Part shown: positions 24,620 to 37,120 of the stretch, piece by piece
How positions within the stretch are numbered: position 1 is the stretch's first letter
Layout of the letters: each line of letters starts with the position of its first letter
Assembly: GCF_001194135.2 (NCBI RefSeq)
Contig: NC_068981.1
Span: 68,897,992 to 68,946,401, forward strand
From: Octopus bimaculoides
Taxonomy: Eukaryota
Length of the DNA stretch: 48,410 bases
Reading direction: 5' to 3'
Made by a program: the position numbers and the translations under genes
The notes under the pieces: model-generated
What the model saw: only the letters and a program-made list of their open reading frames with translations
What the model was told of the DNA's origin: nothing
The model's database searches: none

Positions 24620-24928
24620 TATTATTCTTTTCTAATGCCAATATCTTTCATTAATTTCCTGGATTACTGAGGAAGTGAAAAATGCATATCGTTTTATACA
24701 TCCTCTATTTTAGTATAATATTTGCTGACTTTAATTATTTTTTTATTGACCAATTGGCAAAAGTTGATATTGTGAAATTCATTATTCTATTTTAAGAAAA
24801 GCAATACTATAGTAACTAAAAACTTAGAAAAAAATAGCTAAAAATATGTAGGTATGATATTAAAAACTGAAGCAATAATTAATGTAGAAATACAGTGCCT
24901 CACGCACACGCACGCACACACACACACA

Positions 24929-25016
<88 letters not shown>

Positions 25017-25534
25017 ACAAATCTCTTAACTTACATTTACTTTTTTGCTAAGTTCCAGATTGCTAACATCTAGTTTAATAGTGAAATCTTTAAATATTTA
25101 CTTTTACATTCGGCCTCATCAATTGGTTTAATATATGATAGGTTATGTGACTGAATACTGGATACGTGCACAACAACGAACTAGATTTGGTCAAGAGATA
25201 TTATTTCTAAACAGCAATTAATTGCTATACGAATATTGTGAATACAATGATTATTCAGACTGGATTCCAGGTGAAGTTAGTCCAGCACAATTTAGACTCA
25301 GGCATGACTGTGTGGCTACGAATCACGCTATGCAACCATTTGCTTTCCGATTCATTTACACTGCAAGGCACTTGGAACAATTGTCTTCTGCTGTAGCTCT
25401 GGGCCACGAATGCCTTGTGAAAGAAATCCTATGTAAGCCTGTCGTAAGCACGCACACACACACAGACACACGCACACAGGCACATATACATATATACATA
25501 TGTACGGCAGTGTGTTTGTGCATGTGCGTGACGC

Positions 25535-25890
25535 GTGTTTGTCAAGCGATGTTGCGGGGGGGGGGTAGCACAAGCACGCAAACATATACACACACAGACA
25601 TATATACGACGAGCTTCTTTCTGTTTCCGTCTACCAAATCCACTCACAAGGCTTTGGTCAGTTCGCGACTATACTAGTAGACACTTGCCCAAGGTCCCAT
25701 TACGTGGCACCTTGTCTCATCAACATCGCTTGACAATCGATGGTGGTGTATTTACGTCCCCGTAACTTGGCGGTTCGGCAAAAGGGACCGATAGAGTAAG
25801 TACTAGGCTTAGAAAGAATAAATCCTGGGGTTTATTTGCTCGACTAAAGGCGGTGCTCCAGCATGGCCCTAGTCAAATGACTGAAACAAG
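25535..25890. mobile_element. Rearranged tRNA-derived SINE (family A): minus-strand middle part fused to plus-strand 3' part
   Basis: 25535-25699 is the reverse complement of the SINE seen at 33855 and 37121 (…CTACCAAATCCACTCACAAGGC…). 25694-25890 carries the plus-strand 3' tail (CAACATCGCTTGACAA…GGCGGTGCTCCAGCATGGCC…GACTGAAACAAG). Confidence 0.85.
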
Positions 25891-26739
25891 TTTTTAAAAA
25901 ATCATATTTAGACGGATCGGCAAAAGAGATCTATAGAATAAGTGCCAAACTTTTAAAATATATACAGTTTTCGATCTATTCGAATATGACACTACAAAGC
26001 ACCATCCTAGCATAGGGATACTCCAATGATGACATCCGAGTACAGTGTTGCTACAATTAGTAGAGTATTAATGGTACGTAGCAAAAATAAAATGCACAGT
26101 GATGTAAGCCTCAAAGAGTTACGAATGTTATGGTGATCGGATAGTAAACCGGTGAAGACACTATAGTTGGAAATATTGATTTGTTACGGAGGTACATGGC
26201 TATTATTTTACGTACGGGTCTTTTCCGTTATATCACATTTAGTATTTGTATGATTCGTAATTTGTGCATTTTGTGTATCGACAATTTTGATAAAAATTTT
26301 AAAAGAAAATTTACTTCCAGAATATGAGTTTAATAGACTGGAATTTTGTAACCTTATTTCAACATTCCCGTATACAAACGGAAATAATATGAAACTTGTG
26401 TCACAAAAAAAAAGAAAGAAAACGGAAAAAGAAAACAAAAAATAGCCGCAGATTCGTATGGTGGTAGAATATTATTTCGATGAACTACGCAAGCTTCAAA
26501 ATTAGCATGATGATGATGATGATGACGATCATCATCATCATCATCATCATCATCGTCATCGCCGTCGTCATCATCACCATCATTGATGTAAATCTCATTT
26601 TCTAAATATCTAATATCTAGCTTGATTTTATCTAAAGTTCNNNNNNNNNNNNNNNNNNNNNNNNNNNNNNNNNNNNNNNNNNNNNNNNNNNNNNNNNNNN
26701 NNNNNNNNNNNNNNNNNNNNNNNNNNNNNNNNNNNNNNN

Positions 26740-26771
<32 letters not shown>

Positions 26772-27221
26772 TATAATGCAATATACGTGCGTATGCCTAC
26801 ATATATAGCATAAATTATAATAGAATACCTAGCATCATGCAGAAACTTAAAAATAGTATCATATGCAATTATAATTATAAGAATTTTAGCAGGCTGTTCA
26901 ATCCTGTTCAATACAGTAACAAGATACAACAATGGATTGGGAAGCGTCAATAGCAAATATCGGTTGAATATGTCGACCGCAGCTTTACGCTACAAATAGT
27001 ACAAGGAAATAAGATCACCACGGTTACATATATCTCCAAACAGAACATTCTTATCACGAGGCACACAAGGAATCGTTTTACCGTAATGGCGATAAAAGTT
27101 GATCTACCCAGATTGCCATTGATTACACGTCACTTAATAAAATCAGTAACAATCAAGGACTGAATTAATTACATCTAGTATGCTCTTCCCAAAAAGTGTG
27201 TAACTGTATGCTTATGTTAAA

Positions 27222-27271
<50 letters not shown>

Positions 27272-27423
27272 ATAACATCATCGTTATTATTATTATTATT
27301 GTTCAGTAGTTTTATTTTTATAACGTGCTTTCACTTCACCACCGAGCGCAGCTCTGTGCGCCTTGGGTATGTGCTGTGGTTTGCTGTGGTGCTCTTATGT
27401 TTACTGCATTGAAAGTGTTTTGC

Positions 27424-27461
<38 letters not shown>

Positions 27462-27524
27462 ACTGCTGCTGCTGCTACTACCACTACTACTACTACAGCT
27501 ACTACTACCACTACTACAACAACA

Positions 27525-27579
<55 letters not shown>

Positions 27580-27835
27580 GTACTAACGCATGTAAAATAA
27601 CATAATATGCGTTTATAATATGCATAGTATGTATTATTAAAGATCAAAGTCATTAGCTGTACATATATGAGAGTTCAGAGAATTTCCGTCACAACTGCAT
27701 GTTTTCTTCCACTCTCGTATTTCATTCGAATACAAAGGAATAGAATATGAGGAACAATGTCGTAAATGTAGGATGAAAGACTTTGATATTTAGTAATGAT
27801 TTCTAACATTAGCGCAAACCAGGCATTTATGAGAG

Positions 27836-27990
27836 AAAGGGATATAATCGATTGAATCGACTACATATAAATCCACTTCTGATTTTATCAAACCGAAGCA
27901 TGAAAGACAAACTGACCACATCGGGATTTGCACTCAGACCTTAAAATGTTTTAACTAAATACTGTAGAGACATTCCTCAATCCCCCGCAA
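27836..27990 (-). mobile_element. tRNA-derived SINE family B, decayed
   Basis: Reverse complement resembles the 36042 copy (B-box-like GAGTGCAAATCCC, TCGATTCAATCG tail). Confidence 0.55.
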
Positions 27991-28068
27991 TAGCATTTCA
28001 GCCAATTTACTCCCTTTTTGATTACACAATTCCAATGGTATTACAATATATCAGCAGCAGCAAAATTC

Positions 28069-28147
<79 letters not shown>

Positions 28148-28339
28148 ATGGTGGTGGTGGTGGTGTTGGTGGTGGTGGTGGCGGTGGTGGTGATACCAGC
28201 AGAGGTAGTAGTAGTAATAATGATGGTGGTGATGGTAGCAGCAGTAACAGCAATGGCAGCTTCAATAACCATAACAATAGCGATAATAGTATTACTTTCT
28301 ACTATAGGCAAATGTCCTGAAGTGTGGTGTTAGGAGGGT

Positions 28340-28500
28340 AGTAGACTATACCGACCCCAGTGCTCGATCGATATTTATTTTATCGACCTCGAATGGCGAG
28401 TGTCTAAGTGGACCTCCGCAGAATTTGGAATAAGAACATAAAGGTGGAGATAATTCGGCTAAGCATTTTGCTCGGCTTACTGGCGTTTCTCCTACCTTAT
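28340..28500 (-). mobile_element. tRNA-derived SINE family B
   Basis: CGACCCCAGTG…TTTTATCGACC…CTAAGCATTTTGC on the plus strand is the reverse complement of the family B body. Confidence 0.7.
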
Positions 28501-28549
28501 TAACAATTGTTTCTGATTTAGGCACAAGGCCAACAATTTCGCAGGAAAG

Positions 28550-28705
28550 TATTTAGCTGATGACTTCAACACCAGTACAGGATTCTATTGCAAAAGAGGA
28601 AAGTAGAGTTCACCTAAGTGGGATTTGAACTCAGAGCGTCAGCATCCAAAATATATACCTAAGGATTTTTAACAATGCTTTAACTATTCTGCCATTCCAC
28701 TCCTC
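28550..28705 (-). mobile_element. tRNA-derived SINE family B, decayed
   Basis: GGGATTTGAACTCAG (reverse B box) and CTATTCTGCC (reverse of the 5' GGCAGAAT). Confidence 0.6.
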
Positions 28706-29724
28706 CAATGACCTCTAATAGCAAGAGTTTTTCACTAGCAACAATGATCCAATATTTCGAGTAGAATATAAAAGAAAAATACGAAAACAATATTCACAAT
28801 TAGCAAGGGTGGATTTACATTGAGCAAATATCTGAGATGACTATATACACACCATCGTAGTTAATAATAAACGTTATAAACTATACTCAAGTATAAAATA
28901 CGAATGAGAGGAACTACGAAGTGAAATCAAGCACTAGAATGATTAGTTAATCCATAGACTTCACATTTACACACCAATGTCAACTGCATTCTCTTACTTG
29001 TAGCTGCATAGTTTGGATAACCATATTAAGCCATACTAGTTTCACCTTTTCCATACAACTTCCACCAGCATTCCCAGAGAGAACACTTTAAGTTTATATA
29101 GAGCATAAACAAATACAGAACGCAAAAAAGAGAGAACTTAATTTCTCAACTAGAGGGCTGATTTAGGAAGCTCGGGGATACGTAATAATCGTAATATTCA
29201 TAATTTGATGTTGCACCAAGTAAACAGTTGCATGGTTTTATTACGAGTCCGGTATCTTTTATCAAGAGAAAGTTATGAAAGGCAGTTCACATTACAGTGC
29301 TAGAGATTTAAACGATTGAATAAGAACAAAGGGCATGAAAGTGGGAGGACTATATGTAACAGACGAAGGAGGAACAGTTAGAAACGAAGAAGTGAAAGGC
29401 AGGGAGAATTAGGAGGAATTCTGACATAGAGGGAATAAATAGAGGTAGGAAGATGCGACAGAAAGTGGAGGGGAGAGGGAAAGCTAAGGTCAGAGTGAAG
29501 AAAGGAAGCGCCAATCGTGGTCAAGTGAATCTCACTAAGATAGCAATAAATCAGTTAAGGATGGCAGCTGATTAACGGAGAGATAGGAAGATAAGCTAAG
29601 ACAGAAGAGATAGGAAGAGAGATAGGGAGACAGAGAGATAGGAAGGGAAAGATAAGCTAAGACAGAACGAGGAAGAATGTATGCTGAGATAAGGAGACTT
29701 TGGTACAAGGAGTAAAAAGCGAAA

Positions 29725-30390
29725 GAAAAACTGCCAGTCAATCTGGTATGTCTAGTTCAGCGTTTATTGGCTTTTCTAAACAGGTTCAGGAGAATTTCCT
29801 GATAAACGCTTTGTGCTTGTAGCCTACTGTCAGGTCTCTCTCAGGCGATTTTCCATTCAGCAGTTTCATAATAACTGGTTTCATTAGTGTTTCACTGGTG
29901 ATGCTATTTGTTTCGGAAGGAGCATTTACACAATATTAATTTTGTATGTCGTTTAACCAAGCTGGATCGCTGTTCTGTTCTTTGTTTACATTTCAGATAA
30001 ACCGCCAGCACGACTCTCGGTATTCCTGGGGAGGAGTCCTTACTGGGTTGTTGGTATCACATTTCGTACTGTGATATACAGCTTGTGGGTTTCGGGCAAA
30101 ATTCTTCGTTTACAATATCAAAGATATCACTTACCGCTCATGGATAGTATTTCAATGTGACAAGTTTGCCTGCTAGAGCAACAATACGGGAGTTTGAGAA
30201 GAACAGTTGTGCAAGTACTCTGAGAATGCATTTGTCTCATGTGATCCAGAAGTAGGTTGGACTGGCTTAGCGAAATAGAAACTTGAAGAATAAGCAGTTT
30301 TAAGCAATGCATTGGTACATATCACATAAGCTAGAGGGTATTGGCAAGAGAAGTTGCCTCCCCTGGACCTACCATAAATATAACACACCC
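29725..30390 (-). mobile_element. Dong/R4-like non-LTR retrotransposon remnant (region upstream of and entering the RT)
   Basis: Minus strand reads RNPQAVY…CWRFI*…AWLNDIQ…VIMKLLNGKSPERD…IPD*LA, matching the R4/Dong pattern (N.K..Y…FW..IW…HN..A.W…K..N.KSPG.D…P.WL). It carries multiple stops. Confidence 0.65.
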
Positions 30391-31419
30391 CGCATTGAAG
30401 GATATGCCTTCGTTATTCAGGAACGGGAGAGAGCTATTAAATACCTGATAAACAAGAGGAATTAAGGTATTACCAAACATCCACCTTATGATAAAAAAAA
30501 CGGGTCTACATCCACATCAGCTGCCCAAAATCTCACGGAGATACTAAGTGCCACAAAGCATGGTATAAGTTGCAAAGACTGTTTACAAACATGTCTGCAT
30601 AAAAGATTGCCTTGACATATAAATGAAAGGCATATCTGAACCAGCATGTATTCACACCTTTAAAAACAAGGAATAATTGTGCGACACTCAAATAAAAAGG
30701 TCAATGCGGTACAAACATAACATACCACATATTTTTCTTTGAACAGGGAACAAAAGGCATGCACTGTTGCATAGGTCAGTTGCTGAGGAGATGTGAATGT
30801 TTAAACAAAAGTCCAGGAAAATGAGAACATTTATGGCGAATTAATGCGGAACTTGCAGGTCTTGTACCATGAGTGTGAATTCGCATTTGTATATATCATT
30901 CTAGATACATTAGGGTATGTACCAACAAATTTGCCCCCAAATTTAGAAATATTCGGTTTCAGGGAGGAAAAGCTAAAGAAACTAAAGAAAAATCATGCAT
31001 CCGCATACGTATATAGCATTTAATGTGGCCATTAATGATCCTTTATCCGACTAGCACATATATTTTAGCGCTGTAGTAATTGCACATTGTTGACAGCTAT
31101 TGCGTCAAAATCCTTTTCAGTACTATCTTCGGAGATTTGAGACGTGACGGTAAACTCTATAATGAACTCATTCTTTCTGCAGACAGGTGTTTTCTTTCAG
31201 ATTCTATAATTTTGAAAATTAAATATGCAAACATTCAATCAAATATATTCACCCAGTTGTTATATGTAATATAGGTAGATAAGAATAATTTCCTCAATAA
31301 AACGGCGACATTTGAGCAATATGAGAGTAATGAGTCTTTTACATAAGAAATTACATTTAATTACTTATACATGTAACAAATACCTAAAATGTTGTTACAA
31401 GGCTAGCGTTGTTTTACAG

Positions 31420-31520
31420 AGTGGGGATTAGTCAGTTGTATCGGGTCCTGTATATGACTGGTATTTATTTTATGGACCCTGTGAAGATGAAATGCAAGGC
31501 TATCCTCAGCGGAATATTTA
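31420..31520 (-). mobile_element. SINE family B 3' fragment
   Basis: ACTGGTATTTATTTTATGGACCC…ATGAAATGCAAGG…CCTCAGCGGAAT resembles the reverse family B core. Confidence 0.55.
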
Positions 31521-32468
31521 CACATATACTATTACGTATTATAGGTAATCTATAAAGATAAAGTGTTTACATACGCGATGAAACGTGATCATTTTACATC
31601 GAAAAGTTCTAAACAAATATTTCGTAGATTCCTTCTTTCATATTAATGAAGAAGCGATATGAATAAAAAATTAATAAATGCATCCTAAGTCATTTCCTAG
31701 TAGAACTTACTGCTTTCATACAATTGAGAGATATTCGCAAAAAAAAAATGCTTAATGATAAATATAGGAAATACTCAATGGCAATCAAATATTTCAAACA
31801 AGGGCCCAATAACAATACGGTGAAAAATAAATGCATAAATATATATTTAATGTTCTGTATAAAGTAGATCGTAGAGATTTATAAACAACTGGTCGATTTC
31901 GCGGATATATAGTATTGGATTTTCTCGTTTCCATAAACTCAAGAAGACATAATTTTTTTTAATTCTCCTACGTATTAAAATATATAGCTTTGTATACAGA
32001 ACTTAGACCTATTACTATTGAATATATACATGGCCTCATGATGAAAATAAAAACATAGTTGCCATTTTAACTATATCTTGATAGACTATATATTTTACTG
32101 ACGCTTTATTAATACACATAATGTATATCTAATAAGAAATAAGGGAAATGAATATATTTATATTCTAAGCAATATCAACGAAAGAAATAGATTCTACCAT
32201 AATTGCACAATATATTTTCGTTAAAGATAAATGAAACTTGAAATCTATTACATGTAAATGACAAAATACTGTTACTATAGGGCTTGTGGAATATTCATCT
32301 CCTAAAATATACAGTTCTGAAATCGCTTTCCATTGCCAATATTACTGGTTTTTCATACTCTAAGGCTTAACGCTTTTACATATTTGTTTATTAATCTATA
32401 TCCTCACAGGCACACACACATGAAAATGTGTGTGTATGTATGTATATGTATGTATGTATGTATATGTA

Positions 32469-32527
<59 letters not shown>

Positions 32528-32749
32528 TCGAATCAAAGGAAAATGGAAATTAATAAAATTTTCACCTCCAAGTGGACTACCGTATAAAAGTTTAGTCCAA
32601 AGACTATGAATTAAGGTACAGTGTATATTTAAATACATAAAAGAAATGCACTAATGGGATTCCTTACGCTAGAAAGAACTGCTAGGTTCTAGAACCACAA
32701 AATTAGTGAGGTGAAATTTTGCTCACATTCTCTCCACTTTTCACTTCAC

Positions 32750-33200
32750 TGTATACCTGTCATTTTTTCTCGCTCCTCCTTAATTATTTTGTCCCACTGC
32801 CTCTAGCTCTTTCTCTTCTATTCCCACGTGACTGGCGTTTGGCAAAGCCTGGTCTTTCTTGGCCGGCTGTTGCCCGTGCAATATCGATATTCCTCCTGTA
32901 CCAGCAAAAGCATATATCCCTGCCGTAAGGCTTTATTTCCACACACGTCAGCTTAATGTGATTCGACCTTAGGCGAAAGTCAGCTGTTGTTATGTCCTTT
33001 TATTATTTTTATTATAGTTGTATAACATTGTCCTTTTTTTTTCCGTCCTTGCTTTTGTATACATTCGCTGCTTTCTTCCAAGGAATCTAATGCTCTTAGA
33101 TTAGCTTTTCCTTGGGGCTGGCCAGATTGGAACAATCTCAATTATATTCAGCCGAAATTGCGAATGTAATCTGGTACTCGACTGAGAAAAGAAAACTTCG
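32750..33200 (-). mobile_element. Possible very decayed RTE-like RT fragment
   Basis: IPWKKAANVYKSKDGKK…RSNHIKL resembles RT domain 1-2 (WK.A…P.YK.KG…NYRGIKL). The match is weak. Confidence 0.3.
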
Positions 33201-33854
33201 AATGACCCGTCCTTGTTTTCTTTGTATCGTCTATTTGTAATTTTTGTTACCCCATTTTTTTATCACCTAACTGTCTGGATGTTTTGCGTTCTTGTCCTAT
33301 ATATATATATATATATATATATANNNNNNNNNNNNNNNNNNNNNNNNNNNNNNNNNNNNNNNNNNNNNNNNNNNNNNNNNNNNNNNNNNNNNNNNNNNNN
33401 NNNNNNNNNNNNNNNNNNNNNNNNNNNNNNNNNNNNNNNNNNNNNNNNNNNNNNNNNNNNNNNNNNNNNNNNNNNNNNNNNNNNNNNNNNNNNNNNNNNN
33501 NNNNNNNNNNNNNNNNNNNNNNNNNNNNNNNNNNNNNNNNNNNNNNNNNNNNNNNNNNNNNNNNNNNNNNNNNNNNNNNNNNNNNNNNNNNNNNNNNNNN
33601 NNNNNNNNNNNNNNNNNNNNNNNNNNNNNNNNNNNNNNNNNNNNNNNNNNNNNNNNNNNNNNNNNNNNNNNNNNNNNNNNNNNNNNNNNNNNNNNNNNNN
33701 NNNNNNNNNNNNNNNNNNNNNNNNNNNNNNNNNNNNNNNNNNNNNNNNNNNNNNNNNNNNNNNNNNNNNNNNNNNNNNNNNNNNNNNNNNNNNNNNNNNN
33801 NNNNNNNNNNNNNNNNNNNNNNNNNNNNNNNNNNNNNNNNNATATATATATATA

Positions 33855-34190
33855 TGCGTAGGAGTGTCTCTGTGTTAAGAATCATGCTTCCAAACCACAC
33901 GCTTCCATGTTCAGTTCCACTGCATAGCACCTCGGGCATGTGTCTTCTACTATAGCCCCAGGCCGACCAGAGCCTTGTGAGTGGATTTGGTAGACAGAAA
34001 CTGAAAGAAGACCGTATTTGTATGTGCGAGGGAAGTGTATGCATTAACATGTGTGTGTCTGTGTTCGCCTAGCACTACGCCATCACTTGACAACTGATGC
34101 TGACGTGTTTTTTTCTCCGAATGTAGTCTTTCGGTAAAAAAAAAAACAAAAAAAAAACACAGATAGAATAAGTACTAGGCTTTCTACGCC
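33855..34190 (+). mobile_element. tRNA-derived SINE family A, near full length, decayed
   Basis: GCGTAGGAGTG…GTTCAGTTCCACTGC…GCCTTGTGAGTGGATTTGGTAGACAGAAACTGAAAGAAG…AGAATAAGTACTAGGCTT; collinear with the 37121 and 25535 copies. Confidence 0.85.
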
Positions 34191-34294
34191 TAAAACTCTT
34201 TAAATTGGTGCTGCAGCATTGCTGCTGTCAAATGCCTGAACCAAATAAAACAAAAAACAAAAAATGAAGAATACACACACGCACACATATATAC

Positions 34295-34383
<89 letters not shown>

Positions 34384-35099
34384 CAGGATGTGACAAGGAA
34401 ATAACACATGTTATACGAAGCTATTTGTCTAGCGATAGTGTTCATGACATGTGATAACAGTACATTCATGCACCTAATACGCTACTATTAAGTTTTAGTT
34501 AGTATAGAGGTTGGGCCTTCTGCACGACAGGTGCTTACTGAAGAATAATGCCACTGAGATTCGTGCAGCAGAGTGCGGCCAGCTAGCTCGCTTGCTAGAT
34601 AAATAGATGTGGTGAGTATATGAGAATACGAATTCTTATACATAGATATATATATATACACACTTAAATACACGCACGCACACCCATATATAAATACGTT
34701 AATACATATATATCTTCTATCTTTATCTTCTATTATTTGCACCAGGATTTAGATTGGGGCTAGTCTGGGGCACCACGTTGAAGCGTTAGTCGTATAAATC
34801 AAGAAGAATATCTAAATTTTTAAGACTGCTACTAATTCTTCGCTTTCAGTCGAACCTTTTCAGTTACGGGGATGTAAATCAAAACCAGTTTTCAACGGGG
34901 GTCGGCTAGAAATAAATACCGAAAGACGCACATACAGACAGACACACAGACACACACACACACACACTCGCATACACAGCATCTCAAAAATGGTATACAC
35001 ACGTTTACAGCAGATTACCCAAATCTTCCTTCCTTTTGAGATTTCACCCATCAAAATTAACACTTAGCTTTAAATAAATGTTACCGGAAATATGAAAAC

Positions 35100-36030
35100 G
35101 CAGTTGAAGTCCAAAATTAGTATAGAAGAGAGTTTCAGTCAGATCCGCCAACGCAGATAACCGCCTTTGAACTAATAATGAATTTGAATCTGATGGAAAT
35201 GTACAGGATATACACAGGACCCGTTCCAGAGACCACAGGGGTAAACTAGCTCCAGAAAGTAAGAAAAGCTATTGGTAAGTTATTACATAAATCTGCTTAG
35301 AAGCCGTGACGTACAGATTTCTCAAACGTATGTCAATCGTATTTTGAAGCGCTGCAATTGGAAACGGTATATCTCATCATTAGTCCATGTTAATAATAAA
35401 GATGATACAGACGGACGAATGGAGTTTTGAAAATGGTACATAAGAAAATGCTTAGCAGATCTACGCTTTCCAATACAGGTTGTGTCGAGTGATGAGGCTA
35501 CATTTAAATAAGATGGTTCAGTTGCACGTACTGGGGTTCTATAGTAAAAAGATAAAGGTACTTTCTGCTGACTCATAAGGACCGGTTTCTCGGTATGCAT
35601 GGCGTATAAATTCCCTGCCTGCATGGGACGCCTGTCTGTCACAGGATTACTTACTTTTGGCAGCTGAGTGGATTGGAGCAACGTGAACTGAAGTGTTTTG
35701 CCCAAGAAAGCAACGCGTCTCCTGGTCCACTATTCGAAACCAAAACCTTACGATCATGAGTGTAACACCGTAACCACTAAGTCACTTTTCTCCACGCAAA
35801 GATATATGCTTCTACCTGAATGAGATCTTGGAAGAAGAGGTCTATCCTCATTCACCAGATCTCACACCTTCAAACTCTTTTCTGGTGGCGATACTTAAAA
35901 ATAAAGTGTTCGCAACACAGAATTGTCACTGAATGAGAATGCACTCAAATGCTTAAAGAAGGAGAATCAATCATGAAGACGGAACTACACCCGAAAACAT
36001 TTATCTTCAAATATAGACAAGAACGATATT
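35100..36030 (+). mobile_element. Tc1/mariner-superfamily transposase remnant (maT/DD37D-like), interrupted by a SINE
   Basis: FESDGNVQD…ISQTYVNRILK…LVHVNNKDDTDGRMEF*KWY…VVSSDEATF. After the SINE it resumes with GRRG…HSPDLTP.NSFL..ILKNKVF. Confidence 0.75.
35573..35785 (-). mobile_element. tRNA-derived SINE family C nested in the transposase remnant
   Basis: Reverse complement begins GTGACTTAGTGGTTACGGTG…TCATGATCGTAAGGTTTTGGTTTCGAATAG, a tRNA-like head with A and B boxes. It splits the flanking transposase reading. Confidence 0.7.
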
Positions 36031-36041
36031 GTGAAGTGTGA

Positions 36042-36165
36042 GGTGTGGAGCTGCCAGAATCGTTAGCACACCGGGTAAAATGCATAGCGCCATTTGCTCC
36101 GTATTTATGTTCTGGGTTTAAATTTCACCCAGGTGGACTTTTGCATTTTATCATTTCCATTTCCT
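36042..36165 (+). mobile_element. tRNA-derived SINE family B, 5' part
   Basis: GGAGCTGCCAGAATCGTTAGCACACCGGGTAAAATGCATAGCG…GGGTTTAAATTTC (A- and B-box-like). Confidence 0.7.
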
Positions 36166-36229
36166 CTCACTCGAAATTGCTGGATCTGTGCCTAACATTG
36201 AAACTCATATCATGAAGTGTTAAACCAAA

Positions 36230-36570
36230 ACGAAACATTAATGGAGAAACATTACATCAACTAAAAACAGTGCAGAGAGATTTTGCTACAAAGCAAACAT
36301 AATTTGCAATGCAAACCGTATATTACTCAACTAACCCAGGAAAAAAAAAAAAAACAGTGAATATAGAGAGTTTGCTTAGTCCACCCCATTCTCCTGACGT
36401 TGCTTCATGTGGCTACCACAATTTTCTATCATTGCAATATAATTTAGAAATGTTCTTGGACATTTCTTTGTTTCAAAACACGAAAAATTCTGTGCCTGAG
36501 GGATAAACAAGTTGCCAAGTAGATGGTATTAACTTATCAATAATGAGATGAAATATTACCGTGATTAGAT
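36230..36570 (+). mobile_element. mariner transposase C-terminal remnant
   Basis: LSPPHSPDVASCGYHNFLSLQ matches the mariner PPYSPDLAPSDYHLF.SLQ motif. Confidence 0.6.
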
Positions 36571-36788
36571 ATATCAATTCAGACAAAAGAAGCATTTGTC
36601 TCTTTCCCATCTTGAAATGCGACAAAACTCACAATAAGTATATATGTATGTATGGCGATGCAAAGAGATAGAAATCAGAGTATATTTATATTCTGATATT
36701 CAAACGCTGAGGATTTCGTGTCAACGCATGAAATTCTCGGTTCTTGACTCTAGTGCTCCTGCTATATATGTATATGTATATGTATATG

Positions 36789-36823
<35 letters not shown>

Positions 36824-37120
36824 NNNNNNNNNNNNNNNNNNNNNNNNNNNNNNNNNNNNNNNNNNNNNNNNNNNNNNNNNNNNNNNNNNNNNNNNNNNNN
36901 NNNNNNNNNNNNNNNNNNNNNNNNNNNNNNNNNNNNNNNNNNNNNNNNNNNNNNNNNNNNNNNNNNNNNNNNNNNNNNNNNNNNNNNNNNNNNNNNNNNN
37001 NNNNNNNNNNNNNNNNNNNNNNNNNNNNNNNNNNNNNNNNNNNNNNNNNNNNNNNNNNNNNNTATATATATGCGTATATATATATATATATATATAAATA
37101 AAATATATAATATACATATA

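Larger units (their letters stand above)
24532..28300. repeat. Cluster of trinucleotide microsatellites: (TCA)n 24532-24618, (GAT)n/(CAT)n 26507-26585, (CAT)n 27223-27270, (ATT)n/(CTA)n 27424-27577, (AGT)n/(GGT)n 28067-28250
   Basis: Read directly from the sequence; these explain the poly-S/D/T/V/H ORFs in the track. Confidence 0.95.

Noticed and set aside
26208-26450. Lys/Glu-rich open stretch (…KENLLPEYEFNRLEFCNL…)
   Set aside because: Driven by A-runs, with no splice-site pair or recognisable motif.
29300-29720. Purine-rich tract with a 17-bp direct repeat (GATAAGCTAAGACAGAA)
   Set aside because: Low-complexity GA-rich sequence typical of decayed simple repeats.
29780-30160. Plus-strand exon-like segments with strong acceptors (GSGEFPDKRFVLVAYCQ; DKPPARLSVFLGRSPYW…)
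   Set aside because: They lie antisense to the Dong/R4-like remnant, which explains their composition. This also shows that good-looking splice sites arise by chance here.
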